Assembly: GCA_963806225.1 (NCBI GenBank)
Contig: CAWDXG010000004.1
Location: forward strand, 2,304,001 to 2,368,000
From: an uncultured delta proteobacterium
GTDB lineage: Bacteria; Myxococcota_A; Polyangia; Polyangiales; Polyangiaceae
Length of the DNA stretch: 64,000 nucleotides
Direction: 5' to 3'
In this document: piece by piece, positions 18,490 to 28,412 of the stretch
Layout: every line of letters starts with the position of its first letter
How positions within the stretch are numbered: the first letter of the stretch is position 1
The notes under the pieces: model-generated
What the model was told of the DNA's origin: nothing
The model's input: the letters and a program-made list of their open reading frames with translations, nothing else
Database searches by the model: none
Position numbers and translations under genes: made by a program

Positions 18490-18553
18490 GTGCGCAGGTT
18501 GACCGGGTTCGAAGCAACTTGAGACCCGCCGCGAATCGAAGCACGCTCGCGCC

Positions 18554-19774
18554 ATGACTGCTCCGCACCAGCCCTTCGGCGACCGTGACGCGACATTCGA
18601 GGCCTTTGCGCGGCACGTCTCGCGCGGCAAGGTGGACACGTTCCGGGAATTCGGCATCGACGTGGTGATGGGCGCGCGCGAGGGCGCGCGGTTCTTCGAC
18701 GCGTACTCGGACCGCAGCTTCGTGAACTGCCACTCCAACGGCGGCGTGTTCAACCTCGGCCACCGGAATCCCCGGGTCGTCGGCGCGGTACGCCGCGCCC
18801 TCGACACGCTCGACATCGGCAACCACCATCTCGTTTCCGGGATCCGCGCGGAGCTCGCGGCGCGCCTGGCCGCCACGACGGGCGGGCGGCTGTCGGGCGT
18901 CGTGTTCGCCGTCGCGGGCGGCGAGGCGGCCGATCTGTCCATCAAGGTCGCGCGCGGCGTGACCGGCCGGCAGAAGATCATCTCGGCCAAGGGCGGCTAT
19001 CACGGCCACACCGGCCTGGCTCTGGCGACGGGGGATCCGCAATACCGCGAGCCGTTCGGAGCGAACCCACCGGGGTTCGTCCAGGTACCGTTCGACAACC
19101 TGGAAGCACTCGACAGCGAGCTCGACGACACCACCGCCGCGGTCATCCTCGAGACCATCCCCGCGACGCTCGGCATGCCCCTGCCCTCGCCCGGCTACCT
19201 CGCCGGCGTGCAGCGGCTGTGCCACGAGCGCGGCGCGAAGCTGATCCTCGACGAGGTCCAGACCGGCCTCGGCCGCACGGGCCGCATCTGGTGCTACCAG
19301 CACGACGAGCTGGAGCCGGACATGGTGCTCACCGGCAAGGGCCTGAGCGGCGGCATCTACCCCATCGCGGCCACGCTGATGACGCGCGAGCTGCATGCGT
19401 TCTTCGACGATCACCCTTTCATCCACATCTCCACCTTCGGCGGGGCGGAGCTCGGCTGCACGGCGGCGCTGACGGTGCTCGACATCATCGAGGAGCCCGG
19501 CTTCCTCGACGCCGTCACCGATGCGTCCGATCGCATCGCCACCGGGTTCGACGGCCTGCCCTTCACACTGCGCCGCAAGGGGCTGATGATGGGGCTGAAG
19601 TTCGAGGCGGACGGCGGCGGCATGCTGGCCGCCAAGCTGCTCTACGACCAGGGAGTGTTCGCCGTGTACGCCAACAACGACCGCTCCGTCCTCCAGTTCC
19701 TACCGCCGCTCACGCTCGGCCGCGACGAGACGGACGACCTGATCGCCCGCGTGCGCCACGCATTCGGATCATGA
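18554..19774 (+). CDS. Class-III PLP-dependent aminotransferase (ornithine/putrescine aminotransferase-like)
   Basis: NLGHRNP, GGYHGHT, LILDEVQTGLGRTG, GKGLSGG, STFGG. Confidence 0.9.
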   Translation: MTAPHQPFGDRDATFEAFARHVSRGKVDTFREFGIDVVMGAREGARFFDAYSDRSFVNCHSNGGVFNLGHRNPRVVGAVRRALDTLDIGNHHLVSGIRAELAARLAATTGGRLSGVVFAVAGGEAADLSIKVARGVTGRQKIISAKGGYHGHTGLALATGDPQYREPFGANPPGFVQVPFDNLEALDSELDDTTAAVILETIPATLGMPLPSPGYLAGVQRLCHERGAKLILDEVQTGLGRTGRIWCYQHDELEPDMVLTGKGLSGGIYPIAATLMTRELHAFFDDHPFIHISTFGGAELGCTAALTVLDIIEEPGFLDAVTDASDRIATGFDGLPFTLRRKGLMMGLKFEADGGGMLAAKLLYDQGVFAVYANNDRSVLQFLPPLTLGRDETDDLIARVRHAFGS

Positions 19775-20661
19775 CGATCAGCGACCCGGAGCTGCGCGCG
19801 CTCGAGCAGACCGTCGTGGGCGCGCTCGACAGCGGCGACGAGAGCGGGCTCACGGTGCTCGGCTACGGCGAGATCTCGGCGGTGCTCGCGGTGGACACGC
19901 CCGGTGGGCGCTTTGCGGCCAAGCGGCTGCCACCGTTCTCCGGCGCTTCGATCCTCGCGGCCTACCGGAACACGCTCGAGACGTACATCGCCGCGCTCGA
20001 GACCGCCGGCCTGCGCGTGGTGCCGACCACGCTGCAGTCCGTCACGCGCCCCGACGGCAGCCTCACGGCGTACGCCGTGCAGCCGATCCTGGATCCAGCG
20101 TCGTTGGGTCCCAAAAAGCTCGCGCGCGCGGACGCCCACGAGGCGGAGCGGCTGCTCTCCGCGCTGGTGACGCTCGTGCTCGCCGCGGTGACGCCCTCGC
20201 TCGGGCTCGACGGGCAGCTCAGCAACTGGGCGTGGGACGGGGAAAGCTGGAGCTACCTGGACGTGACCACGCCGTTGATGCGCGATGCGCGCGGTCGCGA
20301 GCTCCTGGACCTCGAGCTGTTCCTCTGCTCGCTGCCTTGGGCGCTCAGGCCCGTGGTGCGGCGCTTCCTGCTGCGCGAGATCCTCGACAAGTACTACGAG
20401 CCGCGCGGCGTGCTGCTCGATCTGGCCGGCAACCTGCACAAGGAGGGGCTGGAGCCCTGCATCGCGCCGCTGCTCGAGCTGGCCAACCAGCACGTCTCGC
20501 CGCCGATCACGGCGTCGGAGGTGAAGGGCTACTACGCCTCGGACGCCCGCACCTGGGCGCTCCTGCAGCGGCTGCGGCGCGCCGACCGGGTCTGGCAGCG
20601 ACGGGTGCGCCGGCGCAGCTACGCATTCCTGCTGCCGGGCGCGATCGAGCGGCGCGTGTGA
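19771..20661 (+). CDS. Uncharacterised protein (DUF6206-like from recall) with protein-kinase-like fold motifs
   Basis: LGYGEIS, FAAKRL, LDGQLSNW, YLDVT; ATGA overlap with the aminotransferase. Confidence 0.65.
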   Translation: MTISDPELRALEQTVVGALDSGDESGLTVLGYGEISAVLAVDTPGGRFAAKRLPPFSGASILAAYRNTLETYIAALETAGLRVVPTTLQSVTRPDGSLTAYAVQPILDPASLGPKKLARADAHEAERLLSALVTLVLAAVTPSLGLDGQLSNWAWDGESWSYLDVTTPLMRDARGRELLDLELFLCSLPWALRPVVRRFLLREILDKYYEPRGVLLDLAGNLHKEGLEPCIAPLLELANQHVSPPITASEVKGYYASDARTWALLQRLRRADRVWQRRVRRRSYAFLLPGAIERRV

Positions 20662-20728
20662 CGTCCGTCATGTGCGGCGCCACCGGCTAGCGGCAGGATG
20701 CGGCGTGGACGAAGTGCGCGGGGACGGC

Positions 20729-21562
20729 ATGCTGGGATTGCTCTCACGGGCGATCCCACGCGCCACCGATGACGACCTGGAGCTCAGGGATCCGGCGCGC
20801 GTGGAGGCTTTCGCGCGCTGGGTCGAGCTCTTCGTGGCGCGCTACCACCGCGCGGAGGTGCGCGGGACGGGCCGCGTTCCGAAAGGGGCGGCGCTGATCG
20901 TCGGCAACCACAACGCAGGCGCGTGGTCGGCGGACATGTTCCTCCTGGGGACGGCCCTGTATCGAGCGCACGGGCTGGAAGGGACGCCGTACGGACTGGC
21001 GCACGAGGTCGTGCTGGGGCTGCCGGGAGCCCGGCAGCTGCTCATCCCGCTCGGCGCGCTGCGCGCCAGCCACGAAACGGCCCGGCGCGTGTTCGACGCG
21101 GGGCGGCGCGTGCTCGTCTACCCGGGCGGCGACCTGGAAGCGATGCGGCCGTATCGCGATCGCGACCGCATCGTGTTCGGAGGACGCAAAGGCTACATCC
21201 GGCTCGCGCTGCGTTCCGGAGTGCCGGTTGTTCCGGTGGTCGCGGCGGGCGCGCACGAGACGTTCATCGTTATCGACGACCTGCGCTGGCTGGCGCGCGC
21301 GCTGCGCGCCGAGCGCTGGTTACGCGTCGGGGTGTGGCCGCTCACGCTGTGCCTGCCGTGGGGTATCACGCTGGGCCCGATGATCCCCTACGTGGCGCTG
21401 CCGACACGCATCCTGATCGAGTTCCTCGAGCCAATCCAGTTTTCGCGGAGCGGGCCGGACGCAGCGGCGGACCGCACGTACGTCGACGAGTGTGACCGCC
21501 AGGTGCGCGAGACGATGCAGCGCGCGCTCACAAGGCTCGCCGAAGAGCGGCGAGCGGGCTAG
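20729..21562 (+). CDS. Lysophospholipid/diacylglycerol acyltransferase (PlsC/DGAT-like)
   Basis: LIVGNHNAG...D, LVYPGG, GYIRLAL, VPVVPV. Confidence 0.85.
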   Translation: MLGLLSRAIPRATDDDLELRDPARVEAFARWVELFVARYHRAEVRGTGRVPKGAALIVGNHNAGAWSADMFLLGTALYRAHGLEGTPYGLAHEVVLGLPGARQLLIPLGALRASHETARRVFDAGRRVLVYPGGDLEAMRPYRDRDRIVFGGRKGYIRLALRSGVPVVPVVAAGAHETFIVIDDLRWLARALRAERWLRVGVWPLTLCLPWGITLGPMIPYVALPTRILIEFLEPIQFSRSGPDAAADRTYVDECDRQVRETMQRALTRLAEERRAG

Positions 21563-21566
21563 CGCG

Positions 21567-23591
21567 TCAGTACACCAGCCACTTCGTCTTGCCGACGGCC
21601 GGATCGTCGCCCGCTAGCGAGCCCGTGCACGTCTCCATCACGGTCATCTCGGGGGCTGCGTTGCCGACCATGTCGAGCGTCGTGTACGCGGGGCGCGCGT
21701 AGCCGTTGTACGAGTCGCAGTACGTGCTCCCGCTCGTGTCGTAGAAGTACCCCTTTGCGTAGTCCCCCGGCAGGCACCACTCGACAGGCGGGGTCGAAAA
21801 GCCGTTCGCTCCAGCCCGGTAGAGCAACCAGTAGGCCTTGCCCACGGCCGGGTCGTCGCCCGCCAGCGAACCGGTGCACGTCTCCGTCACCACCAGATCG
21901 GGACGCCCGTCCGCGTCCATGTCGCGAAGCTGGTAGGCGGGACGCGCGTAGCCGTTGTACGAGTCGCAGTACGTGCTTCCGCTGGTGTCGTAGAAGTAGC
22001 CTTTCGCGTAGTCTGTCGGCAGCGCGAAGTCGCTCGGCGTCGACGCGAAGCCGCTCGCGCTGCCGGCGTACACCCGCCACTTCGTCTTGCCCACGGCCGG
22101 ATCATCACCCGCGAGCGAGCCCGTGCACGTCTCCGTCACCAGCAGATCCGGTCGCCCGTCTGCCGTCATGTCCAGCACCTGGTAGGCGGGGCGTGCGTAG
22201 CCGTTGTACGAATCGCAATACGTGCTCCCGCTCATCGCGTACCAGTAGCCCTTCGCGTAGCCCGTCGGCAGCGAGAAGTCACTCGCCGTCGAGGCGAAGC
22301 CGCTCGCTCCGCCCGCATACACCCGCCACTTCGTCTTGCCCACGGCCGGGTCGTCGCCCGCCAGCGTGCCTGTGCACGTCTCGGTCACGACCAGCTCCGG
22401 ACGCCCGTCTGCGGTCATGTCCAGCACCTGGTAGGCCGGGCGCGCGTAGCCGTTATACGAGTCGCAGTACGTGCTCCCGGTCGTGTCGTAGAAGTACCCC
22501 TTCGCGTAGTCCGTCGGCAACGCGTAGTCGCTCGGTGTCGACGCAAAGCCGGAGCCGGAGTTGCGGTAGACGCGCCACTTCGTCTTGCCCACCGCCGGGT
22601 CGTCACCGGCGAGCGAGCCCGTGCACGTCTCCGTCACGAGCAGATCGAGCCGGCCGTCGCCGTCCATGTCCATCAGCTGGTAGGCGGGGCGGGCGTAGCC
22701 GTTGTACGAGTCGCAGTACGTGCTCCCGCTCGTGTCGTAGAAGTACCCCTTCGCGTAGTCCGTCGGCAGCGCAAAGGCGCTCGGCGTCGAGGCAAAACCG
22801 GACCCGGTGTTCTTGTAGAGCAGCCACTTCGTCTTTCCCACGTCGGGGTCGTCGCCGGCGAGCGAACCCGTGCAGGTCTCCGTCACCACCAGATCCGGCA
22901 ACCCATCGCCGTCGAGATCGATCACGTGGTAGGCCGGGCGCGCATAGCCGTTGTACGAGTCGCAGTAGGTGCTCCCGCTCGTGTCGTAGAAGTAGCCCTT
23001 CGCGTAGTCCGTCGGCAGCGCGAACGAGAGCGGATTCTGGGCGAAGCCGACGCCGCTTGTGCAGACGTAGCTGGCAGCAGCGTCGCTCGCGTCCGCCGCA
23101 CCGCCATCGCTGGCGTCCACGCCGGCGTCGGCGCTCGCATCGGGCGCGCCACTGTCACTCGCATCCGTGCCGGTGTCGGCGCTCCCGTCCGTGCCGGTGT
23201 CGGCGCTCCCGTCCGTGCCGGTGTCGGCGTCCGTGCCGGTGTCGGCGCCCGCGTCCGTGCCAGCGTCAGCGCCCGCATCCAGGCCGGCGTCGGCGCCCGC
23301 ATCCGCCGAACCACCGTCGCTCGCGTCCATTCCCGCATCCGACCCGCTGTCGCCGGCGTCCGACCCGCTGTCGCCACCGGCGTCGCTGCCCGCGTCCGCG
23401 CCCGCATCGCCGCCGGCGTCGCTCGCGGTCGCGTCGTTCCCCGCATCGGCCGCAGTGGCAGGCGCATCGACAACCGCTCCGTCGCCGGCAGAGCCACCCG
23501 CACCACCGGGAGCACCCGACCCGCTGCTGCCACAGCCGGCCAGCGCGATCGCGAACGGAACCGCCAGGAACGCGAGCTTCAGGCGTTGCAT
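21567..23591 (-). CDS. Lipoprotein with Asp/Ala/Gly-rich stalk and six 83-aa FG-GAP/VCBS-like repeats (beta-propeller)
   Basis: Lipobox LAGC; DAG-rich linker; six repeats with DxD/TxDGxxD calcium-type loops; 249-bp period. Confidence 0.85.
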   Translation of the reverse strand: MQRLKLAFLAVPFAIALAGCGSSGSGAPGGAGGSAGDGAVVDAPATAADAGNDATASDAGGDAGADAGSDAGGDSGSDAGDSGSDAGMDASDGGSADAGADAGLDAGADAGTDAGADTGTDADTGTDGSADTGTDGSADTGTDASDSGAPDASADAGVDASDGGAADASDAAASYVCTSGVGFAQNPLSFALPTDYAKGYFYDTSGSTYCDSYNGYARPAYHVIDLDGDGLPDLVVTETCTGSLAGDDPDVGKTKWLLYKNTGSGFASTPSAFALPTDYAKGYFYDTSGSTYCDSYNGYARPAYQLMDMDGDGRLDLLVTETCTGSLAGDDPAVGKTKWRVYRNSGSGFASTPSDYALPTDYAKGYFYDTTGSTYCDSYNGYARPAYQVLDMTADGRPELVVTETCTGTLAGDDPAVGKTKWRVYAGGASGFASTASDFSLPTGYAKGYWYAMSGSTYCDSYNGYARPAYQVLDMTADGRPDLLVTETCTGSLAGDDPAVGKTKWRVYAGSASGFASTPSDFALPTDYAKGYFYDTSGSTYCDSYNGYARPAYQLRDMDADGRPDLVVTETCTGSLAGDDPAVGKAYWLLYRAGANGFSTPPVEWCLPGDYAKGYFYDTSGSTYCDSYNGYARPAYTTLDMVGNAAPEMTVMETCTGSLAGDDPAVGKTKWLVY
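21570..23060. repeat. Six intragenic 249-bp tandem repeats
   Basis: CDSYNGYARPAY invariant and ETCTG(S/T)LAGDDP near-invariant in all six units. Confidence 0.95.
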
Positions 23592-23708
23592 CGCGCGCCA
23601 CAGTATCCAGATCGTCGCGCGGCGCAACGGTCGACGAATCGATTCCGTCGCCTCGAACGCCGTCGGGAAGGTTCCTGCTCCGCGCGCCGTATCATGCGCG
23701 CCCGCCGC

Positions 23709-24518
23709 CTACTTCTGCGCGATCTGGAACGTGAGGAGATAGTTCACGTGGTGGTGGATGGGCATGCGCATGTTGGTGACGGCGTCCGAGGGCAGCAGGC
23801 CCTGGCCCGGGTCCTTGTAGACCGCGCGCACGCCATACTGACCGCCGGCAAAGATGGCGTAGTTCATGGGAAACTCGTTCGCCGGCTTGCCCTGGTCGGT
23901 GATGTGCTCGACGTTCGAACCGTAGAAGACGTTGAACCCGGCCTGGATGCGCTGCCCTGACAGGTCGCGCACCTCGACGTAGATGTTGTGGTTCCCTCCC
24001 GACGTGCAGCAGCCGTACTGCTGGAAGGTGGGGTCGGACTGGGTGTAGTCGGTGACGCAGGGTTGATCGGGCGGCTGCTCGTCGGTCTCGAAGCGGGCGG
24101 AGACCAGCTTCAGGTAGAGCGAGCCCTTCGAGACGCTGGCGGGGCAGAAGCCGAGCGGCCCCAGGCCGTCGTCATGGGAGTGGTTCACGTCGTAGGTGAG
24201 CGTCATCTTGCCGCTCTGCGACAGCAGCGGGCTCCAGCCGGAAAGTCCCGTCGGCGGCACGTTGTAGTTCGACGAGCAGCTGACGGCGGCATCCTGCGCA
24301 GCTTCCGGCGCCGCGTCGCCAGGTGCGACGGCGTCGGAAGCGTCGGACGGCGCCGCGTCGCCGCTCGCGTCACCCCGAGGTGCGTCGGAGCCGGAGTCCG
24401 CCGTCGCAGCGTCGGCGCCGCCGTCGACGGGATTCGTCCCGCTCCCGCTGCTGCTGCTGCTGCTACAGGCCGCGACCAGGAGAGCGACTGCACCCAGTGC
24501 TGTCTGGCGGAATGTCAT
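23709..24518 (-). CDS. Hypothetical lipoprotein
   Basis: Lipobox VAAC, Ser run, DA-rich linker, globular C-terminal domain. Confidence 0.75.
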   Translation of the reverse strand: MTFRQTALGAVALLVAACSSSSSSGSGTNPVDGGADAATADSGSDAPRGDASGDAAPSDASDAVAPGDAAPEAAQDAAVSCSSNYNVPPTGLSGWSPLLSQSGKMTLTYDVNHSHDDGLGPLGFCPASVSKGSLYLKLVSARFETDEQPPDQPCVTDYTQSDPTFQQYGCCTSGGNHNIYVEVRDLSGQRIQAGFNVFYGSNVEHITDQGKPANEFPMNYAIFAGGQYGVRAVYKDPGQGLLPSDAVTNMRMPIHHHVNYLLTFQIAQK

Positions 24519-24599
24519 GTCGGGGCAGCCTACCAGAGCGAGCGGAACCGGGTGACTTGCCGGGGCAAAGCAGGCGAGACTCGGCGTCTGGAGGTGGTC

Positions 24600-25685
24600 A
24601 TGAAGAGGGTAGCGGTGCTCACGTCAGGCGGCGATGCGCCGGGGATGAACTCGGCTATCCGCGCGGTGGCGCGTATTGGAGCGGCGCGGGGCATGCGCGT
24701 GCTCGGCGTGGAGCACGGTTACGAGGGGCTGATCGATGGGCATTTCCGCGAGCTGACCTACGGTGATCCGGGCAGCGCGTTGCAGCTGGATCGCGACGTG
24801 GACCTGATGGGAGGCCGCGGGGGCACACTGCTCGGCAGTGCGCGCTCGAAGCGCTTCCTCACGCCCGGAGGTCGCGCGCGCGCGTTCGAACAGATGCGCG
24901 AGGCGGGCATCGACGGCATGGTCGTGGTCGGCGGCAACGGGTCGCTCACCGGCGCGCACGCCCTGTGCCAGGAGCACGGCGCCCGCATCATCGGCGTGCC
25001 CGCCTCCATCGACAACGACATCGGGTGTACCTCCACGGCAATCGGCGTGGACACCGCGCTGAACACCATCGTGGACGCCTGCGACCGCATCTCGGACACG
25101 GCGCGTGCACACCGCCGCGCGTTCGTGGTCGAGGTGATGGGGCGACACTGCGGCTACCTGGCGATGGCGAGCGCGGTAGCCGCGGGCGCGGACGCCGTGC
25201 TTTTCCGCGAACAGGGCCGGAGCGACAGCGACATCATCGATGCCGTCGTCGAGTACGTGCGCGGCGGCTTTTCCTCTGGCAAGAACCGCGTACTGATCAT
25301 CAAATCGGAGGGCGTCGAGATCCCCTGCACGCGCCTGGCGCGCGAGGTGACTAGCCGGATCGAGGACGAGCTGCCCGGCGTGGACGTGCGGGCGACCGTG
25401 CTCGGTCACGTGGTGCGCGGCGGGCGCCCCTCGTACCAGGATCGCATGATCGCAGCGCGGCTCGCCTACGCGGCGCTGGAGCTGCTCGGCGCGGGGCAGA
25501 GCGACGAGATGGTGGCCTGGGGACCGACGGTCGAGGGCGGCTCCGCGACGGGCGATCCTATGGTGTGGCACTTCCCGCTCGCCCGCGTGCTGGAGGAGAC
25601 CGCGGCACTGCTCGACGGCACCAGCGAGCTGACGCGCTGGCGTGTGTCGATGCTGGAAAAGCTGGAAGGCGTGCTCGGACTGTAG
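24600..25685 (+). CDS. pfkA: 6-phosphofructokinase
   Basis: VLTSGGDAPGMN, GGTLLGSAR, GGNGS, SIDNDI, VEVMGRHCG, LGHVVRGG. Confidence 0.92.
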   Translation: MKRVAVLTSGGDAPGMNSAIRAVARIGAARGMRVLGVEHGYEGLIDGHFRELTYGDPGSALQLDRDVDLMGGRGGTLLGSARSKRFLTPGGRARAFEQMREAGIDGMVVVGGNGSLTGAHALCQEHGARIIGVPASIDNDIGCTSTAIGVDTALNTIVDACDRISDTARAHRRAFVVEVMGRHCGYLAMASAVAAGADAVLFREQGRSDSDIIDAVVEYVRGGFSSGKNRVLIIKSEGVEIPCTRLAREVTSRIEDELPGVDVRATVLGHVVRGGRPSYQDRMIAARLAYAALELLGAGQSDEMVAWGPTVEGGSATGDPMVWHFPLARVLEETAALLDGTSELTRWRVSMLEKLEGVLGL

Positions 25686-25689
25686 ACGC

Positions 25690-26763
25690 CTACGGCTCGC
25701 GTCCCGTCTTCGTGGGATAGCCCCGGGCTTTCCACACGCCGAGTCCTTCGGCGATCACCGTGACCTTGGTGAAACCCTTCTTCTCGAGCGCGCTGGCAAG
25801 CTGGCCTGACTCGGCATGCGGACAGGAGCAGTAGCAGACGAGCCAGGTGTTCTTCGGCAGCTTGGAGACGAACGGATCGGGGTCGTAGAAGGGCACGCTG
25901 ACCGCACCCGCGATGTGCTCGTTGGCGTACGCGCTCGGCGCGCGCGCATCGAGCAGCGCCATGCGCGCATGGCGGTCGAGCTGCTTCTTCACCACGTCGG
26001 CCGGGGTCGTCGCGGGATACTTCTTGAAGCCAGCCGGCGCCGGTCCCTTCGGATTGAGAGGAACGGGACCCAGCGGTATCGGCGGCGGATGCGGGATGGG
26101 CTTGAGCGCCATCGACGGCCGGACCTGCCAGATACGCAGGAGCGACAGCACGTCCTCGACGCCCTGCTTGCCGAGCTTCTTGCCAAACGCTGGCATCTTC
26201 GTGCCCGGCCGGCCGTCGGTGATCGCCAGACGCAGGAAGCCGTTGCTCGCGTCCTTGAGCAGGTCCGCGTTGCCGACATGCACGTTCGGCCCGCCGGTCC
26301 CCTGCTGGCCGTGGCAGCTCATGCACTGCTTGGTGAAGATCTGCTGGCCGTGGCCGACGTTGCCGCTGACGGGCCGCTCGTCGAGCTTCAGGTGCGGCTT
26401 GTCGTCCCAGGTGCGGATGTACGCGACGAGTGCGTCGATGTCGGAGCCCGTCAGCGGTCCGCCGCGCACCTTCGACCACGCCGACATCGTGGTCCCGGAG
26501 CGGCCGTTGGTGATGGCGTCGTGCAGGTAGTGGTCGTCGACGGCGCCGAGGAACGGGTGCTGGGCGAGACGGGGCGCCTCGTCGGCCTTGTAGCCTTCGC
26601 CGTGGGCGCCGTGACACACCGAGCACATACGGCCGTACAGCTGCTGTCCGTGCTCTTCCTGCTTGGTAAGCTTCTCCTCGGCAGCCTTGGGCGCCTTGTG
26701 ATGGCAGGCAACGAGCAGCGCCGCGCCCAGGGCGACGGAAAGGAACTGGCGGAGGGAGCGCAT
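25690..26763 (-). CDS. Di-heme cytochrome c fused to a rhodanese domain (lipoprotein)
   Basis: Lipobox LVAC; CSVCH and CMSCH with distal Met (GTTMS, GTKMP); LLDAR, HIAGA, YCSCPH. Confidence 0.85.
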   Translation of the reverse strand: MRSLRQFLSVALGAALLVACHHKAPKAAEEKLTKQEEHGQQLYGRMCSVCHGAHGEGYKADEAPRLAQHPFLGAVDDHYLHDAITNGRSGTTMSAWSKVRGGPLTGSDIDALVAYIRTWDDKPHLKLDERPVSGNVGHGQQIFTKQCMSCHGQQGTGGPNVHVGNADLLKDASNGFLRLAITDGRPGTKMPAFGKKLGKQGVEDVLSLLRIWQVRPSMALKPIPHPPPIPLGPVPLNPKGPAPAGFKKYPATTPADVVKKQLDRHARMALLDARAPSAYANEHIAGAVSVPFYDPDPFVSKLPKNTWLVCYCSCPHAESGQLASALEKKGFTKVTVIAEGLGVWKARGYPTKTGREP

Positions 26764-26871
26764 GTCTTCGGGGCGGCGGGCCCCGAAGCCTAGGACGGCT
26801 CGACGCTGGACGCCAACGCTGGCTTTCCCGATCTGTCGCAGCGGGGCCTCGATCGTGCTAGCAGCCACGCG

Positions 26872-27834
26872 GTGGCTCCTACGACCCGTGCACGCGGGCG
26901 CTGGCTCGCATCCCTGCTCGCGGTGCTCATGGCAATCGGCTGCGCGACATCCGTGAACGACGCATCCCACGCCGGGGCTGTCGCGAGTGGCGGGCTGGGC
27001 GGCAGCGCGGGAGTCGAAGGCGGTGCTGGGCTCGGGGGCGGCGGCGCGGCCGGCAGTGCGGGGTCGACTCCGGACGCCGCGGCGGGCACAGCCGGAACCG
27101 GCGCGGGCGGAAGTGCGGGGACGGCTGGAAGCGCCGGCACAGGCGGCAGCGCCGGGACCCCCGGGGACGCAGGCAGCTGCCCTTCGCTCCATGGTCCGGC
27201 CATGGTCCAGTTCGACGGGCAGTGCATCGATTCCACCGAGGTGACCAATGCGGACTACGCCGCGTTCGTCGCCGCAGGCGTCCCGACCAGCGGACAGCCC
27301 TCGTACTGCGGCTGGAACACCAGCTACACGCCTTCGAGCGGCTGGCCCGCGACCGGCAAGGACAACTATCCGGTTGTCTACGTCGACTGGTGCGATGCCT
27401 ACGCCTACTGCAAATGGGCCGGCAAGCGGCTGTGCGGCGATGTCGGCGGCGGTCCCCACAACTTCTCGCAGTACAGCGACGCCTCCAGCCAGTGGTTCAA
27501 CGCCTGCTCCCTCGCCGGCCTCTACCCGTACCCCTACGGCGCCAGCTATGATCCGACGGCGTGCAACGGCGTCGACTACGGCGCCGGCGCAGCGCTGCCG
27601 GTGAAGCAGGCGCAGAAGTGCGAGGGCGCCTGGTCGGGCGTGTTCGACATGAGCGGCAACGTCTGGGAATGGGAAGACTCCTGCCAGGCACTTGCCGGAG
27701 CAAAGGACCAGTGCCGACTCCGGGGTGGGTCGTACTGGTTCAACGGCGCATCCGACCTGCGATGCGACGCCGCCAACGCCAACGACCGGAGCACGCAGAA
27801 CGACATCGTCGGCTTCCGCTGTTGCGCCCCCTAG
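26872..27834 (+). CDS. Formylglycine-generating enzyme family (SUMF1/EgtB/PvdO) lipoprotein
   Basis: IDSTEVTN, PVVYVDWCDAYAYCKWAGKRL, FDMSGNVWEW, RGGS, GFRCC. Confidence 0.88.
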   Translation: MAPTTRARGRWLASLLAVLMAIGCATSVNDASHAGAVASGGLGGSAGVEGGAGLGGGGAAGSAGSTPDAAAGTAGTGAGGSAGTAGSAGTGGSAGTPGDAGSCPSLHGPAMVQFDGQCIDSTEVTNADYAAFVAAGVPTSGQPSYCGWNTSYTPSSGWPATGKDNYPVVYVDWCDAYAYCKWAGKRLCGDVGGGPHNFSQYSDASSQWFNACSLAGLYPYPYGASYDPTACNGVDYGAGAALPVKQAQKCEGAWSGVFDMSGNVWEWEDSCQALAGAKDQCRLRGGSYWFNGASDLRCDAANANDRSTQNDIVGFRCCAP

Positions 27835-27899
27835 GTAGGTTGATACGCATCATGGGCGCGCTCTGGCCCGCGCGCTAGCGTGGCGCACGAGGTACGCCC

Positions 27900-28352
27900 A
27901 TGCATGCCGCAATCAACACGTCCATCGTCACGATCGAGGAGAACGAGAGCGCGCTAACCGCAGCGCGCCTCATGAAGGAATCCGAAGCCGGTTGCCTGAT
28001 CGTCGTCGATCACAACGGCACTCTGAGTGGCATCGTCACCGGACGCGACCTGGTCCTGAAGGTGCTGGCACCCAACAAGCCGGCCCACAACGTGCGGGTG
28101 AGCGAGGTCATGACGGCCTCCCCGACCACGGCGCTCGCATCGGATATCGACATGAAAGCCATGGCGCGCATCCTCTCGCGCGCACGGGTGCGGCGGCTAC
28201 CGATCGTGGACGAGAAGAACCGACCTGTCGGCATCATCACGCTGGAAGACATGCTGGTGTACACGGCGGACATGCTCCATTCGCTGGGCGCCGCGGTGTC
28301 GTCGTATCTGACGGTGGCTCGACTGAAATCGGTCGACCTGGCCCGGCACTGA
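27900..28352 (+). CDS. CBS domain pair protein
   Basis: GIVTGRDL, VSEVMT, RRLPIVD, GIITLEDM. Confidence 0.88.
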   Translation: MHAAINTSIVTIEENESALTAARLMKESEAGCLIVVDHNGTLSGIVTGRDLVLKVLAPNKPAHNVRVSEVMTASPTTALASDIDMKAMARILSRARVRRLPIVDEKNRPVGIITLEDMLVYTADMLHSLGAAVSSYLTVARLKSVDLARH

Positions 28353-28412
28353 CCCGGCGCCGGGTTCGCGTGATAGGCTGGGCGCCCTCGCGCGAGCGCG
28401 GGGTACGCGCCC

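Noticed and set aside
21570..23060. Long regular repeats as a CRISPR array or DGR template/variable repeats
   Set aside because: The units are in-frame 249-bp coding repeats with mostly synonymous differences; there are no unique spacers, cas genes, reverse transcriptase or adenine-specific variation
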